NCBI GenBank assembly: GCA_965285935.1
Contig: OZ260662.1
Coordinates: 79,670,001-79,734,000, forward strand
From: Ophelia neglecta
Taxonomy: Eukaryota
DNA: 64,000 nt
Reading direction: 5' to 3'
Positions 1-11,482 of the stretch are shown one piece after another. The notes beneath the pieces are model-generated. The model was not told where the DNA came from. It saw only the letters and a program-made list of their open reading frames with translations, and did no database searches. The translations under genes and the position numbers were made by a program. The first letter of the stretch is position 1, and every line of letters begins with the position of its first letter.

Positions 1-886
1 TCACTAAAGCCAGGATCCATCCTCCGTAATGTACTGATGCGCCGTGTGGTCGAGAGAGACAACCGAGATAAAGCGTATGACGGCCCTATCTCGGCCATGA
101 TACATTCTTGCTATAAGTACGGTCTAGATCAGCTGCTGAGGGAATCCGTGTATGAAGGACGGACGCCGAGCAAACTCGTCTGGAAGAGAAGCGTCAAAAG
201 CACAGTGCACAACGTGGCCACTTAACATCTCAGACTGTCCTGCCTTCTCTATCCTAGCACGAAGACTTTCCGGGAGACAGTTAATTCACTAGAGCTGAGT
301 GGGTGGTGGAAGGTAGCACTATCCTCCCCGCAAACACTGCCCGCATGCCGTATCATCCTAAGAATTCTCCTGGATGATCTAGATCTGGAGGTAGTCAGGG
401 GACGACGTGATGGTGTTCCCCGATCGCAAAGACTGTGTAGACTGTGTGAGACTGATGTAGAGGACTCCACGCACTTCCTCTTCATATGCCCTACTTTGGA
501 GAGGATAAGGTGTGTGATACGCCAGATCATGGAGATACCAGCTATACAGTTCCCAGAAGCATTGCATCTTGTGCTTACAGCTTGCGAGAGGCCGGGTGGG
601 GTTGAGGTAGCTAGGGAAGTCCGGCCCTTATACTTAGCAAGGTTAGATGCTATTGTCTCCTCCATTGTGTGGTTCTAAACACCCCCCCCCCCCCAGTTTT
701 CATTTTTCTTTTTTTTTTCAATTTTCATTTTTCATTTTCATTTTCAATTTTGAACTTTATACTTCATTATTTATATAGAGTGGTTAATCGCTGAATTCTA
801 TGTTTGTAAATAGGTTATAATATATAAGGTTATAACATTGTATGTGTATACTCTCCAATCATGGAGGAATAAAGTTAATCAATCAC
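1..886 (+). mobile_element. 3' end of a non-LTR retrotransposon (RTEX-like), decayed ORF2 C-terminus plus tail
   Basis: Frame +1 reads ...KYGLDQLL...PSKLVWKRSVK...*...CRLCETDVEDSTHFLFICPTL... (C-terminal CxxC...HFLxxC Zn motif of LINE ORF2) with an in-frame stop at 223-225. Ends in ATGGAGGAATAAAG followed by an (AATC)n-like tail at ~860-886. Clade assignment is from motif recall only. Confidence 0.65.
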
Positions 887-1477
887 ATCAAGGAGATCTC
901 TGACCTTAAAGCCAATAATGCCTCCCTCACGATGTACGTCAAGTCACTTTAAAATGAGAATAAGATACTGAGAAGTAAGACGCGTGATCTGGAGTTGTAC
1001 ACAAGGAAAAATAATATAGAAATCAAAGGTATGCCCGAAATGGCTGGCGAAAATACTGAGAGTTTGGTAATACAACTGGGTCAAGTTATCGGGAAAACTA
1101 TTGCATCTACAGATATTGAGGCATGTCACCGTGTGAACGTTCCTCCATTGAGCAAGGAACTAAACAGGCCAATTGTTGTGAAATTTTTAAACAGAAAAGA
1201 CAAGTATGACATACTTAAATGCTTCAAAGCTAGACGGGGATCTGGCAACATAACCGCCGAAAAGGTCTCCAGCGACTTCCCTGCAGACGTTAGGGTATTC
1301 ATCAATGAGCACCTTACCCCAGAACTTAAGAGACTACTAGGCAAAACCAGGCAGAGGAAACGTGACAAAAAGTATAGTTACGTGTGGACCAAAGACGGCA
1401 AAATATTTGTGAGGAAAAAGGATGACTCTAGAGCAATTTGTATCCAAAGTGAGGAAGACCTGGAACTTATATGTTAG
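887..1477 (+). pseudogene. LINE ORF1 (coiled coil + L1-ORF1/FP-like RRM and C-terminal domain), 5'-interrupted
   Basis: IKEISDLKANNASL...DLELYTRKNNIEIKGMPE...IEACHRV...RPIVVKF...VFINEHLTP...YVWTKDGKIFVRK, typical of CR1/L2-group ORF1. One in-frame stop in the coiled coil. Confidence 0.8.
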
Positions 1478-1720
1478 ATCCACCTGTGTCAATATTTAGT
1501 CACTTGACACATAGTATGAACACGTATAGACTCTTAACTTAGGTCAATAGGGACCACCGATAAAGGTACGTCTAAATGTCAAAGCTTATTTAATGATGCG
1601 TTCATTCCCGATACAGCTAACTATGAGCCTAATCTTATCAATGACTCTCATTACTATTCTTGTAATATCGAAGACACAAGCTTTGGTTTAATATGCAAAA
1701 CTACTAGTGAAAGTAGCTCG

Positions 1721-4663
1721 TTGACCATACTCAATTTTAATGCCCAAAGCCTTGTAAGAAAGTACGATGAACTTCAAATCATGTTATTCAATTTTAAATC
1801 CGTGCATAATGTGGATATTGATATAATTTGTGTCTTAGAGACTTGGTTGTCAAGGGAAATTGAACAACTAGTCCAGATCCCTGGTTACGACTTAATATGT
1901 AGACACAAGCCTGTTGTAAAAGAGGGCGGTGGTATATGTGTATACGTCCGAGATTCTATCCAATATAAAGTACGAGAAAACCTTAAACTCTAGATAATTA
2001 CTATGACTGTCTTTTCATTGAGGTATCGTCTGTATCTACTATAAAACCATTGGTTATTGGGACAATGTACAGGTCTCCTAGAAGGAACAATATTAGCGAG
2101 TTTATTAGTTCTATTGAAGAACAAATCATTCAGATAGAACGTGAGCGTAAGAACTGTGTACTATGCGGTGATATGAATGTAGATTTATTAAAATGCTCTA
2201 GCAACAGAGAAGTAGGGCTCTATCTAGACATGCTTATCTCTAACTGTTATGTACCACTCATCACGCTCCCTACAAGGGTTACCCCGAATTCTGCCACCCT
2301 CATTGACCATTTATTTTTAAAACATAACCCTCATATTAAATACACTTGTGGTACTTTACTAACCCAGTTTTCAGACCACTTTACTAATTTTCTATTTATC
2401 CATGAAGTGAAACCGGCAGAACTAGTAAAACCTAAATATGTAACCTATAGACCACTGACAAGCACTAACGTCGACTTATTTAATAATAGGTTAAGGGAAG
2501 CTGATTGGAATCAAATCTTGAGTTCTGTTAAAGACAACCCGGACCGGGTATTATATGATACTTTTCTCAGTACATACAACGCAATATTGGACCGTATTAT
2601 TCCTGAAAAGTTCGTCCGCTTTAACAAGTACCGACACAAACAAAATGCATGAATTACTCACGGTATACTTAGGTCCACGCACACAAGAGATTATCTCGCA
2701 CATAAACGAGTCAAAATGAAAGATTCGCCTGATTTCCCTCTTATTAATTCTAATTATCTTCGTTATAGAAAGTTGCTCAACACTGTAATAAAAACTGCCC
2801 AAAGTTCTTACTGGCGGTCCAAATTTGAAGACGCTAAAAATAACATTAAGCAAATCTGGAATAGTATAGGTCTAGTAATGAATAAGAATGGATCTGCTAA
2901 TGTTCAGTCCATTTTCTTTGATGATGACAATAATAAAATTACTGATTCAGCCGAGATTGCAAATAAGTTTAATGAATTTTTCACAAACATCGGCCCGAAA
3001 TTAGCTGGAAACATTACCCCAACAACTAATTATAAATCATATTTGTCTGACCCTTTGACTAACTCTATATTTATGTCAGAGACCAATAGTGAAGAGATTA
3101 TAAAGATTGTTGATGGGATGAAGGCTAAAACTAGTTGTGGTTTTGACAATAATTCTCCTAAATTGCTAAAGTGGACAATACGACCTATATCAAATGTACT
3201 GGCAACTATATTTAATTGTATGCTGAGGGAGGGCACATTTCCTAGGTCTGCCAAAATAGCTAAGGTCATACCTGTGTCTAAGGGTGAAGACGACTCACTC
3301 TTCACGAACTATAGGCCAATCTCTTTACTCCCCGCCGTATCAAAAATCTTCGAGCGTTTATAAAAATAATATACTCTACTCATCCCAATATGGGTTTCGC
3401 ATGAACCATTCGACGGAGCATGCAGCAATTGAACTTGTAGATCATGTGGCTGAGGCCATTGACAAAAGAACTTTCGTGTCTAGTGTTTTTATCGACTTGT
3501 CTAAGGCGTTCGACACGCTGGACCACTCGGTACTAATGTATAAACTAGAACATTATGGTATTAGAGGTAATTGCAAGAAACTTTTAGAAAGCTATTTGTC
3601 AGATCGTTTCCAATTCGTGTCATATAATGGCAAAACTTCTATACCCCTGCCAATTAAGTGCGGCGTTCCCTAAGGGTCTATATTAGGCCCACTTTTATTC
3701 TTGATTTATGTGAACGACCTTTGTCACTCATCAACTTGCGCAAAAATGATACTATTCGCTGATGACACAAGTCTATTATTCGTAAATATTGATTTGATTG
3801 ATTTATTCTATGAAATGAACACAGAATTGGAAACAGTTCATCATTTGTTGAAAGCAAATAGACTATCTCTTAATGTAAAGAAAACGAAGTATATGCTTTT
3901 CCGCTCACGTAATTGCTATCTACCGTTCTATATCAATACGTTGTCCCTATGTTTTAATGGGCAGCAAATAGAAAAAGTTATAGAATTTAAATTCCTGGGC
4001 ATATGGCTGGACGAAAACCTAAACTGGAAGTATAACACTGATATTAAGTGTAAAAAGATAGCACAAGTTAACGGGATACTCAATAGATTGAAATATAAGT
4101 TACCTAGCTACGTACTGAAACTAATTTATTTTGGTCTCATCCATTCCCATATTACATACGGACTCCTGGTTTGGCATAATGATTGCAGTAAACAAAACAT
4201 TGACCGTATCTCTTTATTACAAAAACGCTCTATGCGAATAATTGGTAAAACAAGTTATCTGGCACATACTGAGCCGATCTTTAAAAGCTACGGTATCCTA
4301 AAAGTGGAAGACCTGTACCTCAATATGGGAGCTCGTTTGTACTCGAAAGCTGTTAAGAACAGATGTACTGATTATATTTCTAAAACGCTCTGTGCGAATA
4401 AGTTACCTCACCCTCATAATACGCGGCTTAAGAATAGGCCTAATATAAAACATTTTAAAATGAGGACAAATATTATGAAGCAAACAATTTTATACAAGAT
4501 TAGCAGCATTTATAAGGTTCTTAAAGGTCGCCTTAATATTGATCTTCTTACCTGTAAGGATGTAAAAAAAACTCTAACGTTACTCGAGAGATATCCTAGG
4601 GAATGTGTTGTAAGACGGTGCTACGTGTGTTCTCTTGGACATGACCCAGCTGGTACCAGTTAG
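1721..4663 (+). pseudogene. LINE ORF2: apurinic endonuclease + reverse transcriptase, disrupted
   Basis: APE motifs NAQSL, ETWL, GGGICVYV, GDMN, TLIDH, SDH. RT motifs NYRPISLLP, QYGFR, FIDLSKAFDTLDH, GVP*GSILGP, FADDT, FLGIWLD. Ends in C-x4-CYVC. Lesions: frameshift ~1990, TGA 2650, deletion/frameshift ~3360, TAA 3671. Confidence 0.9.
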
Positions 4664-5763
4664 TATCGTACAGGAACTGGCTGGTGCTATGTGGGCCTAC
4701 ATGTTGACACATTTTGTAAGACTTTTTGTGGCGAAAGCTTTACTCTTATTAATATTTAATCTTGGATTTCTATCAATTAATCAATATTATTCTGTATACA
4801 ATACAATACATACGATTTGTGGCGAAGCTTGACTAATTATGTATATTTATATGTGTTTGTGTCATTGGTGGCGAAGCTTATCAACTTCTATGTTTATTCA
4901 TATATGTATATATATATTTTTTTTCAATGTGTGGCGAAGCATGTATACATGTATGCTAACTGTAATTAATGCCAAAGCTTCACTATTTGTATATTCGACC
5001 AATTCATGTAGCCTGTGGCAAGGCTCTATGGCACGGCTTTATGGTGTACTAAATATCAATATTGTGACAAGACTTGAATATTTATGATTACAGCGTTAAG
5101 GTGTTACAACTTTGTTTTGCGTACTAACATTATATTTCCACATTATAAGGTGTATATATTTAGCCATATCAGTCCTGGTATAGGGATATGCCGGATTATT
5201 ATTATTGTACACTGCTATTTCACCTAGTTAAAACCCGCTATTTGCATGGTAATATTTTTAGCGCAACAGCACATATTACCTAATTTCTTTATTAATGCCG
5301 CTACCATGAAGAAACTATTGACTACTAATTTTCTTATTTATTGTGTTATTTTCAATTATCACATGTTCTTTAATAGTATGTAGTAAAATTTCAATGCCAT
5401 GGGGCGTCCAGTTCCGAACGGCGACCTAGCTATAACTGGCGTCCAGCAACGCATCACCTGTGTTATATAATACTGGTAAACAAGTCCATATTTTTGTATT
5501 TTGTGTTGCAAATAAACTAAACAAATCAAAATCAAATCAGCCCCTAATCGCATAATAAAGGTTTTCTCTGTGTATTTTTGACAACCCAAGATTTGGAGTG
5601 ATTATAATATCATCCATGTGACAGGCCTCTTTAAATCTTGCTTATAACTGCCCTTATCAGGAAAAAGCGTGGTTCAACATTGATGGAAAAAACACTTTAT
5701 TGAAATTCTTATTCTATAAGTAACTATTCTTGTATTGAAATAAAACAAAACACCAAGGTATTA

Positions 5764-5805
5764 ATGTCGAATTTTCGGCAGGCAAGCCTGCCTTCTTCTG
5801 GACTT
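5764..5805 (-). ncRNA. Second copy of the hammerhead-like motif (left arm)
   Basis: Exact reverse complement of 12187-12228. Confidence 0.65.
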
Positions 5806-6503
5806 TATTTAAAATGAAAGGTTTATATTGACTATACACAATGCCTTAGTGACCCTTCCCCTGTGACGATATACCGTGACGTCATACTCAACTATCGCTA
5901 CCTTAATCCACCGAGCAAACTTATCCCTGCCCCTACTTCATGCTCCCCATCACACGGTGGATTTATTATACGGGTCGCTGATAAGATACCCATTGGACCG
6001 GGCAGTCCTCCAGGCTATCCAACAGCGACCCCTAACTACCATTTCTAACTACAAATATCAAAATTTCACACCCTTTAAAAAAAACTTTAGACTAGTTATT
6101 AAGTACTGTAAGAATATCCTTTAGTGTTATTTATTATAGAACCCAATGTTGTCAGCGAGCTACCCAACCCTTAGTCCTCCTGGTATTGGTTATATAGGCA
6201 GGAGGGGGAGGTATGATTTCCTCATTGCTGGAACAACCAGAAGTTTACTCTTCTCGGGATCCATAGTATGGAATAATTAACCTGAGATTATATTTATATA
6301 AATTCATTGACACGGACACCACCTTTAGAATCTAAATCTAAATAGGAAACCGACCATGGATGATAATGCAATTTTAATAGTGAATGACTTTTACACTCTA
6401 ATTGTTAAAGAGCTACTAAAAGTTACAAAATACTATAGTTTGTGTCATACCATTTAATGTTATATTATATTATATTAAATCACGAGGGTAATAAAATCAA
6501 CAC

Positions 6504-9500
6504 TTATTTATTTTTATTTAACCCATTAGGCATTAGAGTTTGAAGTTTCACAATCCATTTACTCTCTGATATTTTTCTAAGCTGTTCTGGTTTTGTGCCC
6601 AAAGCCTCTAAACCCACCACCTTAAAATCCCCCAGGCCATGATCATGTGTGTTAAAATGAACAGCTACCTCGGAAGTATTACATTTTTGTACCCTTACAT
6701 TACTAATATGGTTGTTTAATCTTGTGTATAAATCTGTACCTGTTTCCCCTACATACACTATTTTTGGCACCTAGCACACCATATCCCATATACCGCGTTA
6801 TGCGTCTTACAGTGAATATCCCCAACTATCTGATATTTCTTATCCTTAATTTCAATAAACCGCAATGGAATCATTCTCTTACATAATACACAATGTTTAC
6901 TCCCACATGCCCGTGAACCCTCGTCTTTTCTATAGAACATTTTTTCATGTTTACTATGTACTAATATGTCCGCTATATTTCTATTTCTTTTAAATGACAC
7001 TAAAGGAGGCTTTTTAAAAACCTCCTTACATCTATCTGAATTTTGCAATAATGACATGTTTCTTCTTACAATACCATGAATATTTGGAAGCCAACTTGAA
7101 AAATTTATCACTAACGGAACCCTCACAGTATCATCCCTATTAAGTATTTTTCTGTATCTCAGAAGTTCTACTCTATCCGCACTATCCACCCCCTTAACTG
7201 ACATCCTGAGATGTTTCCCATCATAGCCTCTTTTTTTTCAAATTATTTATCATATTATCTCTATTTTGTCGGTACTTTCCCTCATCACTACAAATCCTTT
7301 TTATTCTTATTGCCTGTCCTTTAGCTAGCCCTTGCTTTACATGTTTAGGATGGTCAGAATCTTCGCGAATGTACAGGTGCCGATCCGTGGGTTTAACAAA
7401 TAAATCTGTCTCTATCTTTGAACCGTTTAAAGTTGTCTTGGTATCTAAAAATTCAACTGTTTCGCCATACCTTAACTCTATTTTAATATTAGGGTGAATA
7501 TCATTAGCCAACCTCCCAAACTCTTCCAGTTCTAACCTTGTCCCGCCCCATAATCCCCAAATGTCATCAACGAATCTATAGAACCCATTAGGCTTTACTT
7601 TCGCTCTTTCTAGTAGCTCTTTCTCCCATTGAATTAAGTAAGCAGAAGCATAATTTTTACCTAGTTTACTGCCTATTGCGGTCCCTACCTTTTGTCTGAA
7701 ATATTTCCCACCGAACTCAAAATAATTGTTTTCCAAAACCAAATCAATCATTTGTAATATTCTTTCTGTAGGTGTGTCTTTGCAACTTCGGCCTTCCAGT
7801 GCTACCTTGCATGCTTCCCTACCTTCCTTACGCGGCACACTAGGGTATAATTTATTTACATCCATACAAAATAATATTGCTTTCTCTGGGATTTCTTTTT
7901 TGTTAAGCTCCTCAATTTTTTGAATAAAGTGTGTCGTGTCTTTTATAAACGTATCTGACTGAACCACAAATTCCTCTAATTCTTTCTCGCAAAATTCTGC
8001 TATGGGGGTAGTTGGATGATTCACTGAACTTATTATTATTCTTAAAGGCTTTTCTGTTTTATGCATTTTTGGATTACCTTTTATTTTCCCATAGTTATAG
8101 TATTTTGGATTAAAATGGCTTTTACTTCCTCTACTGAACTCCTTATTACCAACCTCCCCGTCCAAAAGATTTCTGAGTTTTTTCTTTAGAGTTTTGTCAA
8201 AATTTACTTCCGCTTCTTCATATAAATCGGCATTGTCTAATTCCTCCCTGAGCTTCTGTTCATAATCTTTCCTATTTAATACACATATACCCGAACCTTT
8301 ATCAGCCGGTCTGATGACTATACTGTCATCTTTTAAAATCTCTTTTACTGCACTATGCTCCCGTTTAGTAAGATTGCTATCTATTCCTGACTTCAAATTA
8401 TTTAGGATATCATTTTTTACACTATCGATGTACGCATCTAACCATTTATCCCTGCCGTTCGGTGGTGTCCAAGCACTATTCTTTTTATTCCTAATTTTGA
8501 CATTTCTTCTCCTACTTACCTCTACCGACTCACCTGTTCCTTGCTCATTAACACCTTCATCATAAAAAAATTCTGATAATCTCATTCTCCGTTCCCACTC
8601 CTGTAACTGTTGTTTAATTTCGAAGATGTCCGGTCTGTCCCTACTTGGTATATATTTAAGACCTTTACCAATTACCGATTTTTGTTCATTGGTTAAAACT
8701 TTATCCGATAGGTTAAAAATTGTCGCGTCCTGTCCATTACTCTCTTCTGAACCCTTCCCCGTTTTAGCTCCCCGCACCCGCTTCAGTTTTTTTACTTTTC
8801 GAGCTCCCGCATTTCGCTTACCTTCTGGTTTCAATTCACTATCTTCATTTAAAATTGGATTTACATCATTTAAACTAAGAGCGTCATACCTATTTACATC
8901 TACAAAGTCTTTGGTTCCTGTCTTTATACGCCTTGTCCGTCCGTATCCATTTCGTCTGATTCCTACCAATGTCCACTTATTTATATCCTCTATGTCATTT
9001 GCGTGTTTTGCAGAATCTGTTGTCTTTACCGGTGTTAGAATATTAAAATGTTCATTCTTCAGTCTAAGGTTTATGTCTTTCTGGTTATCTTCTCTATGTC
9101 CGCCATTATATTTGATCCATCGTTTACTTGATTCGCAATACACTTTTATAACTATTCCTAACGAGTCCGCTGTTGCCCCGATCTCACAATCTGTTGCGTA
9201 TGACTCAGTTGATCCGTCCGTTTTCCGCATATCTTCCATATGTTTGGCATTATTACCTGTGAAAAATGATTGGTATGCTACATAATTTTGTTCCATATAA
9301 TCAACCGTTTTGTTCCTAAAATATTTGTGTTTTTCTTCAGTTCCCATCATACACTTACTGATACACCGGTTGCCGTCCCCTTTTACATCTACTATCTGCC
9401 AATCATTGTTATCAAACTTCATACAACCTGTACCTATGTAATCCTCGTTTGTTAAGATAACCTTATTGATCTCTTTGCGTTTTTTCGTTTTATCAACACT

Positions 9501-9844
9501 ATCTTTAACCACAGATCTAAATTTACTTAGCTTTTGGTCAATCTCTTTCGCTGTTAAATATCCGAGCTCATCTACCATACTCTGTCTTCTTTCTTTGATT
9601 TCTTTGCCCAACGTTTCTAGTTTTTCACAGCACGTCTTCACCGCTTCTTCCATTAATCCAATCGATGCCCCTACTAGTATTCTCCTGCATGCTTTTTCCC
9701 TGTCTTCACTCGCATCTAAACATAACCTCCATTTTAATTGAAATCCCCGTGGCACAATCTTTCTCCTAAGGCAATCCTTCAAGTATTCCAGATGGGATCC
9801 ATACTTCTCTTCTTTCGCAATAAAACCTTTCAGTCCGTTGTAAT
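6504..9844 (-). CDS. PLE polyprotein, left arm: N-terminal helical region - OTU-like domain - RT - GIY-YIG (5'-truncated, two homopolymer frameshifts)
   Basis: HLEYLKDCLRRKIVPRGFQLK (Neptune-like N-terminus), IFNLSDKVLT...KGLKYIP, IVIRPADKGSG, PLRIIISS, MDVNKLYPSVP, GTAIGS, FYRFVDDIW, VEFLD, LFVKPTD, CGSKHCVLC linker, VYGIWCARC..YVGETG...RLNNH...VAVHF...E..WI..L.T..PNGLN. Frameshifts at a T8 run (7231-7238) and a T5 run (6761-6765). Confidence 0.9.
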
Positions 9845-11482
9845 AGTTCAGTAGAGGAAGAAAAAGCCATTTTAATCCAAAATACTATAACTATGGGAAA
9901 ATAAAAGGTAATCCAAAAATGCATAAAACAGAAAAGCCTTTAAGAATAATAATAAGTTCAGTGAATCATCCAACTACCCCCATAGCAGAATTTTGCGAGA
10001 AAGAATTAGAGGAATTTGTGGTTGAGTCAGATACGTTTATAAAAGACACGACACACTTTATTCAAAAAATTGAGGAGCTTAACAAAAAAGAAATCCCAGA
10101 GAAAGCAATATTATTTTGTATGGATGTAAATAAATTATACCCTAGTGTGCCGCGTAAGGAAGGTAGGGAAGCATGCAAGGTAGCACTGGAAGGCCGAAGT
10201 TGCAAAGACACACCTACAGAAAGAATATTACAAATGATTGATTTGGTTTTGGAAAACAATTATTTTGAGTTCGGTGGGAAATATTTCAGACAAAAGGTAG
10301 GGACCGCAATAGGCAGTAAACTAGGTAAAAATTATGCTTCTGCTTACTTAATTCAATGGGAGAAAGAGCTACTAGAAAGAGCGAAAGTAAAGCCTAATGG
10401 GTTCTATAGATTCGTTGATGACATTTGGGGATTATGGGGCGGGACAAGGTTAGAACTGGAAGAGTTTGGGAGGTTGGCTAATGATATTCACCCTAATATT
10501 AAAATAGAGTTAAGGTATGGCGAAACAGTTGAATTTTTAGATACCAAGACAACTTTAAACGGTTCAAAGATAGAGACAGATTTATTTGTTAAACCCACGG
10601 ATCGGCACCTGTACATTCGCGAAGATTCTGACCATCCTAAACATGTAAAGCAAGGGCTAGCTAAAGGACAGGCAATAAGAATAAAAAGGATTTGTAGTGA
10701 TGAGGGAAAGTACCGACAAAATAGAGATAATATGATAAATAATTTGAAAAAAAAGAGGCTATGATGGGAAACATCTCAGGATGTCAGTTAAGGGGGTGGA
10801 TAGTGCGGATAGAGTAGAACTTCTGAGATACAGAAAAATACTTAATAGGGATGATACTGTGAGGGTTCCGTTAGTGATAAATTTTTCAAGTTGGCTTCCA
10901 AATATTCATGGTATTGTAAGAAGAAACATGTCATTATTGCAAAATTCAGATAGATGTAAGGAGGTTTTTAAAAAGCCTCCTTTAGTGTCATTTAAAAGAA
11001 ATAGAAATATAGCGGACATATTAGTACATAGTAAACATGAAAAAATGTTCTATAGAAAAGACGAGGGTTCACGGGCATGTGGGAGTAAACATTGTGTATT
11101 ATGTAAGAGAATGATTCCATTGCGGTTTATTGAAATTAAGGATAAGAAATATCAGATAGTTGGGGATATTCACTGTAAGACGCATAACGCGGTATATGGG
11201 ATATGGTGTGCTAGGTGCCAAAAAATAGTGTATGTAGGGGAAACAGGTACAGATTTATACACAAGATTAAACAACCATATTAGTAATGTAAGGGTACAAA
11301 AATGTAATACTTCCGAGGTAGCTGTTCATTTTAACACACATGATCATGGCCTGGGGGATTTTAAGGTGGTGGGTTTAGAGGCTTTGGGCACAAAACCAGA
11401 ACAGCTTAGAAAAATATCAGAGAGTAAATGGATTGTGAAACTTCAAACTCTAATGCCTAATGGGTTAAATAAAAATAAATAA
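9845..11482 (+). CDS. PLE polyprotein, right arm: 5'-truncated RT + GIY-YIG (one A8 frameshift)
   Basis: ORFs 9919-10764 and 10781-11482 are essentially identical to the left arm. Removing one A at 10747-10754 restores NLKKRGYDGKHL (conserved PLE RGY motif) and fuses RT with the endonuclease. Confidence 0.9.

Larger units (their letters stand above)
887..5539 (+). mobile_element. Decayed CR1/L2-group (Crack-like) LINE: ORF1 + APE-RT ORF2 + long 3'UTR
   Basis: ORF1 and ORF2 fragments as listed below. The 3' end has AATAAA at 5511 then an (AAATC)n-like tail (caaatcaaaatcaaatca) to ~5539. The 5' end abuts the upstream LINE tail inside the ORF1 coiled coil. Confidence 0.85.

Noticed and set aside
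4727-5040. CRISPR-like repeat-spacer array
   Set aside because: Eukaryotic context, repeats only ~13 bp and degenerate, irregular spacers, no cas genes.
7726-9741. Plus-strand ORFs (7726, 8314, 8626, 9270, 9466) and 10062-10259 minus
   Set aside because: Antisense shadows of the A-rich PLE ORF; F/S/L-rich with no motifs.
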